Assembly (NCBI RefSeq): GCF_963676685.1
Contig: NC_092351.1
Span: 44,020,001 to 44,084,000 of the forward strand
Reading direction: 5' to 3'
Length of the DNA: 64,000 nucleotides
Origin: Mytilus edulis
Lineage: Eukaryota
In this document: piece by piece, positions 1-14,312 of the stretch
Layout: each line of letters opens with the position of its first letter
Numbering within the stretch: position 1 is the stretch's first letter
Made by a program: the position numbers and the translations under genes
Notes under the pieces: generated by a model
The model's input: the letters and a program-made list of their open reading frames with translations, nothing else
The model's database searches: none
What the model was told of the DNA's origin: nothing

Positions 1-714
1 CAAATTCGGTTCCTTACTTCAAAGAGGAAGAACAGTTTTTTTAGAAAATTCAAAGAGTGCAAAAAACAGAAATGTCATTTCAAGTCAACTTCAAATAAAA
101 AGACCCATTTCTTGCAGGAAAGATTGATTTATATTAGTATAAGAAAAGTAAGATAATTAAAAAAAACCCAAGTTCATATAAATCAAAGCACTGGCAATTT
201 GATGTATACTAACAACAGCGGCAACTAACAAGTGCAAGGCAGTTACAGGGAGACAAAAGATAAAAAGGAACATTTTCCCTCATAATTCGAAAATAAATTG
301 ACAACGTTCAACTTCATTATGTTCATGGCTAAAAATTACAAGACCAACACTTAATAATAATTAGAAAGTTAAAGACTAAGCACCACGATTCCCAACAAAA
401 AGTTTGGTTGATCTCAGGTATTCCGGAAGGTTGAGCAGCTACTTATGTGTGGCACCAGGCACCAGGCATTTGACATTTTATGTTTGAGCAAAATTGTAAA
501 GGAATACTTCATCGGTTTAAAATACAAAAATCCCCTACAGATGATGCACTAAAAAAAGTTATAAAATTATTAAGACAAAAAAACCCAATATATTATGTGT
601 AAAATATGTGTATTTGATCAACAAATGTTATTCTATGTGTAACAATGTTTGACTGTTATACTGCTATACTGTTGTACTAGGTGTGACTGTTATATTAAAG
701 TATAAATGTCTTAC

Positions 715-1290
715 CTGTTTGGTAGGCATACTGAACGAGATAATTATATCATTCAATTGGTACCCTTTTAGGCGACAGAAGAAGCTCTGCTTCCTCTTTT
801 CTTTTTTCTTCAACGAATTTCCCAAGTTTATTGGCCCGTAATCTCCATGTCGCTTCTAAACAATGTCTCCAACACACAAGTTTGGGATGTAATGGTAAAA
901 GCATTGTAAATTCATTGAATTGATTCGTCGTTAGTGCTTTGTGGAGTGCGCCATGTCGTAAGTCGTTGATATCGACTCAACATTGATCACAGTGCCATTT
1001 GGGTGGTGGAAAATATTGTGCAATCGTCTTTGCCATAGAAATCCTAAAGTGGGCAACTGCAAACAGCACAGGAGAAATGTGATGCTTTACTGAAACCGTG
1101 TCCCAAATTTTCATCTTCAATGTAGTATAAAGAGGCAAAACTTCAACGAATGTCATCATTTCATCTTCATCTATTCCTCCTCTTGTACATATTTCTAAAT
1201 CTTGTGAACAGGAGCAATTCACAACATGCTCAGTTGAAGTTCCTTTCTCTTTGATACAAGTGTAGGTCTCTGAAAAAAACAGGTCATGAA
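715..1290 (-). pseudogene. Pseudogenised exon paralogous to exon 10354-11206 of the ankyrin-like/SOCS-box gene
   Basis: Translation matches gene A (CSCSQDLEIC..GIDEDEM, VKHHISPVLFAVAHFRISMAK, EAELLLSPK) and ends at the same phase-1 donor (CAG|GTAAG at 715/714). It lacks the INRLEIS...CPH...AGVY block and has in-frame stops, e.g. TGA at 977. Confidence 0.85.
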
Positions 1291-4200
1291 GTGAAGGAAT
1301 ACTATTGAGAATGGAAATGGGGAATGTGTCAAAGTGACAACAACCCGACCATAGAACAGACAACAGCAGAAGGCCACCAATAGGTCTTCAATGTAGCGAG
1401 AAATTCCCGCACCCGGAGACGTCCTTCAGCTTGCCCCTAAACAAATATATAATATACTAGTTCAGTGATAATGAACGCAATATACTGAAGTATAGGTTTT
1501 TTTTGTGTATTGAGATGTCTGTAAAAAATTAGTCTTGCCCCTTCCCTTTGAATAATCTATGACTTGATAATGCAGCGTTCACACAGTGCTGATTATGGCT
1601 TCCGTTTGAGTTCATACAGAACTAAGACACGATAGGTTAAAAGTCAAATTGGTATATTCAATGATCTGTAATGTCTTCCATTGTCTGAATGTATTCGTAT
1701 ACGTTCGTAACACATAATAACGCATAGAGAATGGTACGGAGGGGTCGGCTAATAATCCCGACAGTTAGGTGCGTCAGTCGACATTTAGCGATACTTTGCC
1801 AATTCTGTCTAGTCGGATTAGAATTATGATTATGTTGTGACAGATTAAGCTATATCGAACCAAAATTGTAACAATGTTCCATGTCTTCTGGACGGTGTCC
1901 TGTGGAACGGGCATGACCCGAAGAAATTTGCCAATACTATTTTTCTTTGTTTTGATTGAGCCCATATTGCATCCAGATCTTTGCGAATGCGAACTGAATT
2001 TGAATTTGTTTTATAATATTTTGACTATCAAATGCAACGTTTTTTGTAACGGATAATGCACGTCAACTGTATGGTCACTGTGTGATTTCTGATCGATCGC
2101 ATCATCAGACGCCATGTGTTTTACTATGTGAAAGATACAAAGCCGATTTGAATCGGATTAAAAAAACGGCTTTGATTGAAAACGGCTTAATTGAAATATC
2201 ATGTCTATATTTTCAAGCATGACGAAAGAAACGTGAAAACTGAATATTTAAGTCCAAGGACCATTTCTATGCACAAAACCATCATACCGGAACAAAAATC
2301 ACAGTTTATCTGTTACTTGCCATGGCAAAATTACAAGAATGAAGAAAAAAAAAGTGTGTAACTGATTATTTGAGTGAAATTTCTAAGTCGAACGACCATA
2401 TATCTGTACATATCATCAGACCAGAACAAAATTTGAACTTTATCTGAAACTTTTCATGATAAAAAAATACACAAAATATCAAATTAATATTTACAAGCGT
2501 GAAAATAACAAGTGTGTAAAAACTGATTGCCGGACAGACAAACAACCAAGCTGGGGCTGTGGTTTTTAATTCAGACTTTATGAACCATGAAATCACAAAA
2601 AGATTTATTTTTGTCGTATTGAACGAAAAAAATGTTTTAAAGGAGTTAACATTAGAACATAACTTAAATTATAATCCTTTCAAATACAAACAAATATCAT
2701 TAACAGTACTTTTATATTCAACCAACATGATTGAGTGTAATGCAAATATGATCAACGTTTTCTCCCGTCGGAATTTGAACTATATTAAAGCAGGGGTGTG
2801 TGTGAGAATGCCATAAGGATGTAGATAAATCGCCAAATAGGAAAGGCGATCCTTGAATTTTATGCCTCTTGCAGATTAAGTTCCTCTGTCTCTACATACA
2901 TTTAAGAACTATGAACATTGCCACAACAATTTGAGGGATCTGTTAAGGTGCAAGGCACAAGTTCTGAATCAAACCGCCTTATATTTGGTTTTGATTACCA
3001 ATGAGACAATTCATCACAAGAGACCAAAATGACACAAAAATTAACAACTATAGGTCACCGTTCAGCTTTCAACAATTAGCAAAGCCCATACCACATAGTC
3101 AGCATGACGTTTAGTGTTAAGACAAACTTTTGGTTGATGATAACCTTGTTTATTAATGAGTTGAAATTACTTTTGAACTTACTTTCAGCAAATGCAGTAT
3201 TCCTTGGCAAGGCGCAAAAATGAAAAAAATTGAACCACCCTGATAGTTTCAGCTAAAAAAGAATAAGCAAATGCAAAGCAATGCGCACAGTAAAACTCAA
3301 TTAAAAAAGTCCTAGTCCAATGTCAGAATATGTAACTGAATAACTATTTATAAGCAAAATGACAATGATACATAAATTAACAGAGGGCTTCTAGCTGATA
3401 CTTACATGAAAGCTCTAGACCTCAATCGAACTGATTGAAAGATTATTTCTTCACCATATGAAAATCAAGGACACTCCCTCATGTTAGGATTTTAATATCA
3501 TACCATGATAAAAAAAAAATATTAGAAAAACATAACCCGTATCATCCCAACTAATGGATTGAGAATAATGTGTTTGTTTCTGATGAAAAGACTTTATGAG
3601 CGAATCAATTAATTTTAAAGCATGAACTCTTTAATGACATGACAACAATATTGCGACTATGTTGTAACTATATCCCTTTTATATAAATATATGTTAAGGT
3701 TTTGTTAGCTTTTGAGGTGAATGACGACATTTTTGTCATTTGTATAGAATATTACAGCAGAAGATGCGATGTGATATAGACAACGTATATTCAATCAACA
3801 TATATCTAAACAGGTAAAAAAGGGTAAACAATTATATATATTATGTATGATTAAAGTGTTATAAATTTCAAACAGTATGCGGTTCATGTATACAATGATT
3901 TCGAGCTGTGTTTTATAGAAGAATAAATATGATTGAATATAGAAAGAAGATCAAACCAATAAAGAATAGAAAATTATGGATTGCAAAAGTATACAGTCAT
4001 ACCATAGATGTGTTTATTAAGGTATATACATTTTTATCATATGTTTAGTAGTAAATACAGTAGTTTTGCATATGTGATAAATAGCCTGCTGTTTAATCCA
4101 TATCGCGCAACTTTGATGCGCACCCTTTATCGCATACCCTTTATCACACCCCTACCCTTTATCGCATACCCTTTATCACATCCCTACCCTTTATCACACC

Positions 4201-4626
4201 CCTACTTTTTTTTTCTTTTTTTTTTAACATAGTCAGTTTTGGTTTTTTTTTTGCTTTTAAGAAAATTTTTCCTCAAAATAGGTAAATTTTTTGAATGACG
4301 TCATTGTTTGGTATGTGACGTCACGAACGTCTAGTTTTCACATTGTATGTGACGTCACGAACGTCAAGTTTTCATATTTTTTGGCACACTGAATGCAACT
4401 ATGAAAAATACAAAACACACAAATTAATACATTAATAAACAAAATATTTTTAAAACAACAGCATGCAAATTGTAAGGTAACCCAGGTGCTTCGGATAAGT
4501 AATTGAGCAGTTCTTTTAAGGCCTTTGAAACAAGACAAAAGTAGAACTGAAGGTAACCCAGTGCTATGGATCAGAAAACAGTTCATATAATATAATACTT
4601 TTCTGTTGAAATATATGATAAAGCGT

Positions 4627-4761
4627 ATAATACATGGCAAAATCCGTATCACATGCCGTATCACCCTCGACCAATATCATCCCTCGGGCCTAAAGGCCCT
4701 TGGGCTGATATTGATGTCTCGGGATGATACGACATATGATACGGATTTTGCCATGTATTAT
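4627..4761. repeat. ~135 bp imperfect palindrome (fold-back), probably from a non-autonomous DNA element
   Basis: Arms ATAATACATGGCAAAATCCGTATCA and TGATACGGATTTTGCCATGTATTAT; centre GGGCC-TAAA-GGCCC. Confidence 0.85.
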
Positions 4762-7700
4762 TCTCTATGTACATCTGGGTTTATATTCTTAAATCTCTTT
4801 GTACATCTATGAAATAACAGTAAACCATATAAGAATTAAATAGTATAATGCTGATTTCAGACATATACAATATACACAGTTAAGAAACCATACGATTATA
4901 TATAAATTTTGATTTGTATTTGTATTTAAATATTTTTGTGATGAATTTTACATAATCAGCACTACTTAAACGACAGAGGAAAACGAATTTGATTGTAATA
5001 AAAACAGATATGTAGGACCCATTCAGACCCCAATATACACTGTGAATGTACAAAAATAGATATGTTGTACATAAACAAAAACGACATACGTTAAATAACA
5101 AACTATTTTGTACTTACACCAGTTCAACTGTTTACCCTCGCTGTTTGCATATCGATCCTGTTGGTTACATGCGAGGTTACATGTACTACCACAATTGCCC
5201 ATCACCTCGCTTCAATTACCCCCATAATCATAACAAACACTGAGAAAAGGTATTTAGATATTTTAAGGAATGCAATGAATATGATTAACGGCTACATTTT
5301 CCTTTACAAATAATTATTGAATTTCACATCTTCTTCAACGTTTAATTATGATAAAGTGTATTGTGTATTTCTGTTGATCAATAAGCTGTAATGAGGGTCT
5401 ATAAGTCTACTATTATTTTAAACGTTTAAAATACATTGGTTTATCAGGGTCTATGTGACTGTGTTTCATCATGCGTTATATACATATAATATTAAAAGAA
5501 ATGCTGGACAACTCGGCCCGGAGTGATAGAAGACGACATCAGTTTAACTTTAATTTTATTCAAAATGCAAAAAAAGTGATTCACAGTCGTATTTCAATCA
5601 TGATAAATCTGAATGATAGCAACTAATATCATGAAGGTTGTTAATAATTTATCATTATCTTTTACGTCAGTTTGGCGTCTTTTTTCATTTCGTTAGAGAA
5701 ATCAGGATGAATGTTTTGTCGGAATAAATTAATACCATTATCCTTGTCAATTGTTTTTTCTCATACAAGCATATATGCTAATTTATATAGGTTGTAACCG
5801 GCATATTAAATGCAAACATCTCGTCATTGTATGAAGCCTTTTAAAATCGCCAAGATTTTAAGTGGAAATAGTATATTTTAAAGTTCCAAATATATATATA
5901 TGTTAGCAGCAATAAGTGAAATTAGGCATTAAGCTTAAATCCTAGGCAATAAGCTAACGCCTAGGCATTAAGTTATTGCCTGAAATTTTCAGGCATTAAG
6001 CTTACTTCCTGAAATCTGATGATGATTATTCATCCTATTGCCGAACATAATTTAGGCAATAAGTAAACTCTGGAATTTATGCATATTTGGTGATTTATTC
6101 TTGAGATAAAGTAGTCTCTTAATTATATTTCTAATATTACATGTATAAATATACATTCATTTGATAGATCTTCAAATTTAGAAAGTTTACTTATTTTAGC
6201 AGTTAATAAACATAATTAACTCATACAAATGCATTCATGTTTTCGTGGTAGTACAAAATATTAAAAAGATTTAAAAAAGTGATTGTATCCAATTAAAAAA
6301 GGGGGGAAATTCTTTAGAGTAATTTGAAAATTTGTACACTTTACCAATCGAGCTGGTTTGAACTGGTCAAAAGTTGATAAAATTAAAAAAAGATATTTGC
6401 TCAAATTGTTTCCATTTTTTTTTATTGGATAAGTAAATTTTCTTTGTATACCGTTCCGCAATTTGTGATAACAAAATGATTTGAACACAAATTTCTATCA
6501 AGTTTTTATATTTATAAATTATTATTTGATTTGAAGAACTGTTACCGACTGGAACAAACTACCGGATAACATTGTAAATTGCACTTTAGTAGACTCTTTC
6601 AAATCTTTAATTTCAAAGCATCAGTATTAACTCAAAACATCTTACAAAATTATACAAAACATGTTATTTTTTAAACTATTTCGTATTTTTTTTTAAATTG
6701 TACATTTTGCAATCTATGTCTTGTTGTAAGTTTCCTCCTGTGACATAATCTTCAATCTGTTGATGGCGGTTACTTAATGGTAGAATAGAAAAGAATATTT
6801 AAAAAGAAAAGAAATGAGGAACACGTATGAACGACATCAACAAATTGCAACCACCAAACAACAAGTTCCTGACCAGTAAGTATGAAAGTAAGTAACACAT
6901 GATGACACAAAGACCCTGATAAACCAATGTATTTTAGTGTTAAAAAATAAATAGCATCACATTTTAGTTTTAGAGGTGATATTATTAAATATATAATTCA
7001 ATATCAAATATTTTGAAAATAGTTAAAGGAATGTTTAATAGAATGTTTAAAAACATTGTATTAATAATCAATGAGATTTTGGATATTAATAGTTGCATCT
7101 ATTTTTGTAATTTTATTTCAAGAACTGCATGATAGGCTTTTTTCTTTTTCTGAATAACTTAATTTTCAGAATATTCTCTGATTTTTTTATGGAGTCCAAT
7201 TTAAAATGTTCAGTTCTCTGTCGACATTTTTCTGTGTCAGAATATACTCTTTGTAAAGTACTCTTTTTCGTAAATTGTTTTCTTATGAATTAGGCCTTGA
7301 GTTTTCTAAATCGATGTTTTTAGTACTTTTCATGTCAGAGCGTTTGTGCACGCGTAAAACTTGATTAGACACAACTTCATCATTTTCATATTGTACCTGC
7401 ACCTTTTCAGGCTAAACGGGCTATGGTTTGTTCAAATATTTGTTCGTATGAATCGGTGGTTGAAGGTTTGTACTCTGTTGTGTTGTATTTGTCCTGTTAC
7501 TAGGGTGATTTTCATATAATTCTCATAATCTAACATTGGACAAAATTAATTTGCCACTCCTTCAAACTGATATAAGACTTGTATAAGATGCAGTTCCAAA
7601 AAAAGTGAAAACACAAAAATACTGAACTCCGAAGAAAATCCTAGAAGGAAAGTACTATAATGAAATGGCAAAATCAAAAGCTCAAACACATCAAACGAAT

Positions 7701-8104
7701 TGATAATAATTATCATATTCCTTACTTGGTTCAGGCATTTTCTCATGGTGGATTAAATTTGATTTCTAGCTATCTAAACTTCTTACTTGAATGTCAGCCA
7801 ACAGTAATAACAGATATTTGTGAGAGTCAGCTTGCATGTGCAAAATATGGATCACAAGACGGAATAAAAAAGAAATTCGGATGCAAATATCCCTTTATCT
7901 AATAACATACCTTTGTAACAAGAAATGATTGTAACATTATGCTCTTACGAAGTCTCCTGAACAAAGTTGTAATTAATATTAAGTCACAAGGACTCTTTCT
8001 ATAATTCTTTAAACTCAATAGAATTGCCAATTTAAAAATAAGATAATTGTATACATTGAAACAGATATATTCACAGTTAAAGGCCAAGGCCATTATTTTA
8101 CACA

Positions 8105-8400
8105 AGTTTAGTTCATACTGATAAGGAGAGCATTTAGATACATATTTCTCCTCATTCTTTAGGTTTTTAAATTCGAATCATGCATGTTTAACATATACCG
8201 ATCAGGAGAGCATTTAAATACGTTTCTTTCTTCATTCTTTCTGTTTTTTCTATTCGAATCATGCAAGTTTAACTCATACTGATCAGGAGAGCATTTTAAT
8301 ACGTTTCTTTCTGCATTCTTTATGTTTTTTTCAATTCGAATCATGCAAGTGTAACTCATACTGATCAGGAGAGCATTTTAATACGTATTTCTCTGCATTC
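8105..8400 (-). repeat. ~81 bp tandem repeat (about 3.5 units) overlapping the stop codon of gene A
   Basis: GATCAGGAGAGCATTT-like cores at 8120, 8200, 8281 and 8363; each unit translates to a NxERxVxKCSPDxYxLxxHDSN-like peptide. Confidence 0.9.
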
Positions 8401-9379
8401 TTAGTCTTTTCTTCTATCTCTTTTAGTTCAGAATCAGGCAGTAAAAACTCTAGAAAATCTTGCATTGATAAATAGTTATGTATAGATGCTGGAACGACAG
8501 TTTTAATTGATTTCAAAAATACGACATATTTTGCTACTCTATATGTTGACCTGAAGAAACGACGACATATGTTTTTAAGTGACTGCGGTTTACCAATCCA
8601 ATCAACATACTTTGCCAAGTCTTCTTCGGACTTTCCAATACTTGTTCTTAATAAATTGTTTGTAAGGAGTTCCTCTTTGTTTGCATTAAGGTGATTGCTT
8701 GTAACATCATAAATCATATCAAGAACATTGGGTTCTGCAACAGTTTTTATAATATGTCGATATATTCCCTTTGTATAAAACTTTAGTATTGCATCGAACT
8801 TTAATTTTGCGTTTGAGCTTATTAATAAATGGAAGAATATAGGTACACGTCTGTCGTTATGGTCGAGTTTTTCCATAAAATATGAAGCATCACACCCTCG
8901 TAATAAAAAATATTTTATAATATCATACTGCATGTATTCGTACCTGAAAGCATTCTGAAACGCATCAAACGGCAAATAAGAGCACCTACCACTTTCACAT
9001 GCCTGGTGAATGATTGGTAACGGGTCAATGGCAGGGGAACGATATGACATACGTCTAAATACACCATGATTGATGAGGCAAACCAAAATGGGATCACCAT
9101 TATCATTTTTACGAAAGGATTTACTCGATTCCAAAACTTTGCAAACATCGTCATACGCCAAATATTCAGCCCATTTTAGGACTGTAATTCTAAGAAAAGT
9201 TGCATTGACATTAAATCCACGATTTACAAAAAGCTGGACAACATTAGGATCTCCTGAAAACACAGCCTTGACCATCAGTTCATCTAATGTTCTTGTCATA
9301 TGTACATCTTGTTTTCTTTTCAGGAACTGTCGATAAAACTTTGTGTCCCTCAAAACTTTATGGTAAATTGAATAACAAC
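8331..9379 (-). CDS. Gene A last exon: ankyrin-like repeats plus C-terminal SOCS box (ASB-like putative E3 adaptor)
   Basis: Acceptor TTTCAG|GT at 9380/9379 is in phase with the upstream donor. AVFSGDPNVVQLFVNRGFNVNA is ankyrin-like; PQSLKNICRRFFR...VPASIHNYL is SOCS-box-like. Frame is open to the stop at 8331. Confidence 0.8.
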
Positions 9380-9417
9380 CTGAAATATTTAGATACATGT
9401 ATCAAAATTTGAAATGT

Positions 9418-9982
9418 CTAGAAATTGACAAAGAGGATAGGTTGAAAACATAACTATACGACAAAAGAGATGATTTCAGTTTCCCAATTATGAACTTTCC
9501 ATTTCTAAGTAGCAACATTCCAGCAGCACCTGCATACGGAGTATATATCTCCAAATTGATACGATATTCCCGTGAAATAATCCCTTCGTAAATTTTACGG
9601 ACGCCATCACGGGTTGGTTGACCGTTATGGAATAACCGTTTAACAAATGATATCAGATATGTTTCTTACGTCATAACTACAATCCCTTTACCTTTCATGA
9701 ATGTGACCTACCGAATTAGACTATTGACCGGATTTGTTATAACATAAGCAACACGCGTACGACAGGTGCCACATGTGGAGAAGGATATGCTTACCCTTCC
9801 GGAGCACCTGCTATCAGACCCTAGATTTTGGTGGGGTTCGTGTTGCTTATTCTTTAGTTTTCTATATTGTGCTTATGTTCTTTTGTTAGTCTGTTTGTCT
9901 TCTTTCATTTTTAGCCAGGCGTTGTCAGTTTATTTTCGATTTATTAGTTTGACTGTCCCTCTGGTATCTTTCGTCCCTCTTT
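9418..9982 (+). mobile_element. Truncated Penelope-like retroelement fragment (RT C-terminus plus 3' region) in the gene A intron
   Basis: Translates LEIDKEDRLKT*LYDKRDDFSFPIMNFPFLSSNIPAAPAYGVYISKLIRYSR. Related 3' sequence recurs inverted at ~250-450 and ~35890-36220. Confidence 0.75.
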
Positions 9983-9984
9983 TA

Positions 9985-10330
9985 TACTAATATACTGTTA
10001 AACTGATATACTGTTATACCGTTATACGTTTTCTTTTTACACTGATATACTATTATACTGTTATACTGATATACTAATATACCGTTATACTGATATACTA
10101 TTATACTGTTATACTGATATACTAATAGACTGTTATACTGATATACTATTATACTGTTATACTGATATACTAATAGACTGTTATACTGATATACTATTAT
10201 ACCGTTATACTGATATACTATTATACTGTTATACTGATATACTATTATACTGATGTACTGATATACTATTATACTGTCATACTGATATAATATTATTCTT
10301 TTATACTGATAAACTATTATACTGTTATAC
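9985..10330. repeat. Minisatellite of ATACTGTT/ATACTGAT/ATACTATT units
   Basis: Direct reading of the tandem units; a shorter related run lies at ~650-700 beside the paralogous pseudo-exon. Confidence 0.9.
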
Positions 10331-10353
10331 TTTTAAAGGTATTCGTGTCTTAC

Positions 10354-11206
10354 CTGTTTCGTAGGCGTAATGAAAGAGATAGTTATATCCCCAAATTGGT
10401 ATCTTTTTAGGCGACAGAAGAAGCTCTGCTTCTACTTTCCTTTTTTCTTCAATGCATTTTCCAAGTTTCTTGGCCCAAAGCTCCCATGTCATCAGTAACT
10501 TATCATGGCACAAGTTATTATGAAATGGTAAAAGCGTTGTAAATCCATTGAATTGATTCGTCATTAGTGCCACGTAGAGTTCGCCATGTCGTAAGCAATC
10601 AAAACTTACCCAACATGGTTCACGGAACGTTAAGTCTTCTGGAAAATGTGGAAAGTTTTGTGCAATCATCTTTGCCATAGAAATCCTATAGTGCGCAACT
10701 GCAAACAACACGGGAGAAATATGATGCTTTACTGAAATCATGTCCTCAATTTTCACTTTCATGGTAGTGTAAAGAGGTAAAACTGCTTTAAGTATTTCAA
10801 ATTTGCAATACAGTATTAGTAAATGGATTAAATATACACCAGCACTAGGTCTAGATATATGTCTTACATTATTCGTTATATCACTGGTATCCCAAACTTT
10901 AAAAATTTCGGTTGATGTGATTTCTTGCTTACATGAAACACTAAGTCCATATTTGGCAAATATCAAGTGTGGACACATGCCATATGCAATGCTTATTTCT
11001 AATCTGTTTATCATTTCATCTTCATCTATACCTTCTTTTTTACATATTTCCAAATCTTCTGAACAGGAGCAGTTCCTCCTATCATGCAAAGTTTTGGTTC
11101 CATTCTCTATAGTACAAGTGTCGGTCTCTGAAAAACACGAAAGCAGTGATATAACCACTTGCATATCTATTGTGCCAGTATTTCGAACTATAATTTTATT
11201 CTTCAT
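10354..11206 (-). CDS. Gene A large exon: Cys-rich N-terminal region (CxC...CPH) plus degenerate ankyrin-like helices
   Basis: 293-aa ORF from ATG 11206 with donor ACAG|GTAAG at 10354/10353; homologous to ORF 61533-62414. Confidence 0.8.
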
Positions 11207-11678
11207 TTCTATAGATTGAGCTTTTTGTATGAAAGTCCATACCTACTACTGAAACATGTGAAATGATAGTTTTGTTTTTGTTTTTTTTAATGTTTATTGA
11301 TCATTTGGTGTTCAAACTACAGTGCATACATACGTTTTTACAATACATTTAAGTGAAAAACATGATATTTATGGAACTGTTATACTATTGATATTAGTAA
11401 AAATTTACAAGTAAATTAAATGATGTAACTAATGATAGTTTGACAGAAGTCTATAAAATAAAAAAGGACTGAGAAAAAAAATTAAAGGTTTCAATAGACG
11501 AGAAAATTGATGATGAAAGATTAACATAAGTTCATAAAACAGATTTAAAGCTAACAAGTTGTTGGCATTTGATTTATTACGACAAATAGGATCACGTATT
11601 TTCCTAATGCTAACTGAATACTTGCTCTCTATGAAAGGTCACTATTCTAAAGACCACATGTTCAGATAGTCGGTAAGA

Positions 11679-11786
11679 TTAATTACATAGTGTGCATGTG
11701 ACGTAACACGGAATATATATGGGTCCATATGGAATTTGCTGACCCAATATATACCGTATAATGTCAGTATCACACTATGTAATTAA
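11679..11786. repeat. ~108 bp imperfect hairpin (MITE-like)
   Basis: Arms TTAATTACATAGTGTG and CACACTATGTAATTAA, with inner complementarity (TATATGGGTC/GACCCAATATA). Confidence 0.75.
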
Positions 11787-13036
11787 GAAGAGTTGTTCAG
11801 GACGGGTAATATTATTTAAGTTTTTAAATTAATACAGATATAAGAAGATGTGGCATGAGTGCCAATGTGACAACTCTCAATACAAGTCACAATTATTAAA
11901 ATGAACCATTAAAGGTCAGACTACGGTCTTTTAACACGGAGCTTTGCCCACACCGAATACCAAGCAAGCTATTAAGGGCACCAAAATTAACAAATGTCAA
12001 ACCATTCAAACAGGAAAAACCAACGGTCTAATTAATAAAGGAAACGAAAAATGAGAAGCACTAATGAACAAACGACAACTACTATAAACATCCGCATCAT
12101 GACTCGGGACAGGTGCAAACAAATGCAGCGGGTTTAAATGTTTAAATAGGTACCAACCATCAACTTATCTGAAATCATGGTGTAACAACATAGAAAGGCA
12201 TAAAATAAATAAGCCAAGCTCCTCTCATTTTATAATCTTTGATTTGCTCAGTGAAACCCCAGAATTGATTCTAAAATTAAAAAAAAATATGAGGTTTTCA
12301 ATAGCATTTATATGATTAAGATTGTTAGAAAATTCCGATAAATTGTCATTATAAAGGGGGGTAAGAATAACCGATACCAAATGGACACCGGGTACCGTCA
12401 TCATACAAATAACGGACTTTGTGCAGTAACCTCAGAAAATATTCTTATAAAAAATGAAGGTGCACAATGTCGTTTTACCTTAAAAATTCGCAATATTATT
12501 ATAAGGGTTTAATAAAGAGTTTCAAGTGCACATCTATGTGCTTTAAACATATAGCATACGCATTCCAAATATGACCTGGAAAATTGTTAAAATGAAGAAA
12601 TCAAATAGAAGATGGACACATACATTTGTGAATGTTTCATACACTTTTGTCAAGCGTTTATATATCAAGGAGAAGTTGTGAACACAAACGTGCAAACGTG
12701 GGACAAAAAGACAAACGAACGGGCGGACTTCAGCAATACAACCCGTCTTTCTTGACAAAGCGGTGTCGGAAAATGTTAAAAATTAAAACAAAATGACTTC
12801 ATGAAAATACGCTTCTGAAATTTGTAGTAGAAACAATGCAAAAATTGTGTAGAGGAGGGATTTGTATGGTATTAATTTTAAATTTGTGTACTAAGAAAGC
12901 ACAAAATGATTTGCTTTTGGCGTTGGAAACGATAAACATGATATTTGTTTTGAAGAGGTAAACAGTAAAACACAACTTAAGTAATAATCCTTTTTAAATA
13001 AAAACTAATGGCACTATTACGGCTTCATTTTATATA

Positions 13037-14305
13037 CTAGAACACACCCGTGATATCGCGGGTCCGTGACTGAATTAAACATGTTAAAGTATATAACTAT
13101 GCGCAAGCCTTATTTTAGTATTAGCATTGTCATTTGATAAAGACATACCGATCATAAGATACACAGTTTCCTCTGCTTTCAAATCTTTCTGTTTATACCC
13201 GTCGAACTGGAACTTATTAATTATTGGTAATATTAATTATTTGGAAAACAAAAGGTCCTGGAATGGAGTATTTTTTAATCAACAGCATTGTCCTATATCA
13301 GTTATAAATAAAGTTGAATTATTTGATTCGCTGTTTTACGTCATGGCTGCTACCAAATTGAAAACTGTACCTATACGCCTTAGTTTTAGTCCAGATTTTT
13401 AGTATTCGTATTGTAATCTTAAAAAGTCTTACTGATTAAAATACTACAATAGGTAACAATTTGACAATTTAGTAGTGTCAACCCTGTGATTATGACCCGT
13501 GTATATAGCATATTAATTAATCCTGAATACACCGTTTGGTGGTGCGCCTGTCAGATGCGGAACGTACAGATAAGGTAGAGAGTCTTACTGATTAAAATAC
13601 TACAATAGGTAACAATTTGACTATTTAGTATTGTCAACCCGGTGATTAAGACTCGTGTATATAGCATATTAATCCTGAATACACCGTCTGGTGGTGCGCC
13701 TGTCAGATGCGGAACGTACAGATAAGCTAATACGTAACAGGTGAATATACTATTGGTATCGGTATCGGACTCGACCCGGAACTTCTTAATTTTTGGCAAT
13801 ATTAATTAAGTGGAAAACAAAAGGGCCTGGAGTGGTGTAATTTGTAATCTACACCTTTGTACTATATTAGTTATATATAAAGTTGAATTCTTTGATTCGT
13901 CGTTTTAACGTGATGACGTACAGATAAGGTAGATAGTCTTACTGATTAAAATACTACAATAGGTAACAATTTGACTATTTAGTATTGTCAACCCGGTGAT
14001 TATGACCCGTGTATATAGCATATTAATCCTGAATACACCGTTTGGTGGTGCGCTTGTCAGATGCGGAACGTACAGATAAGCTAATAGGTAACAAGTGAAT
14101 ATACTATTGGTATCGGTATCGGACTCGACCCAGAACTTCTTAATTTTTGGCAATATTAATTACGTGGAAAACAACAGGGCCTGGAGTGGTGTAATTTTTA
14201 ATCTACACCTTTTTACTATATTAGTTATTATATTGAATACTTTGACTCGTCGTTTTTACGTGATGACGGCTGACAAATTGTACCTCGTCATTTTAGTATT
14301 ATAGG
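13037..14305 (-). mobile_element. Non-autonomous Helitron-like element with internal direct duplications
   Basis: Minus-strand 3' end: hairpin ACCCGCGATATCACGGGT followed by CTAG|T. 5' end: (C)CTATAATACTAAAA. A ~150 bp core recurs at ~13425, ~13581 and ~13935. Confidence 0.7.
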
Positions 14306-14312
14306 TACTTAC

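Noticed and set aside
12381-12431. Candidate phase 1-to-0 bridging exon for gene A
   Set aside because: Needs a weak GAG acceptor and a poor donor, and I found no counterpart in gene B.
13551-14153. Duplicated 82-aa ORFs
   Set aside because: They lie within internal repeats of the Helitron-like element and show no protein motif.
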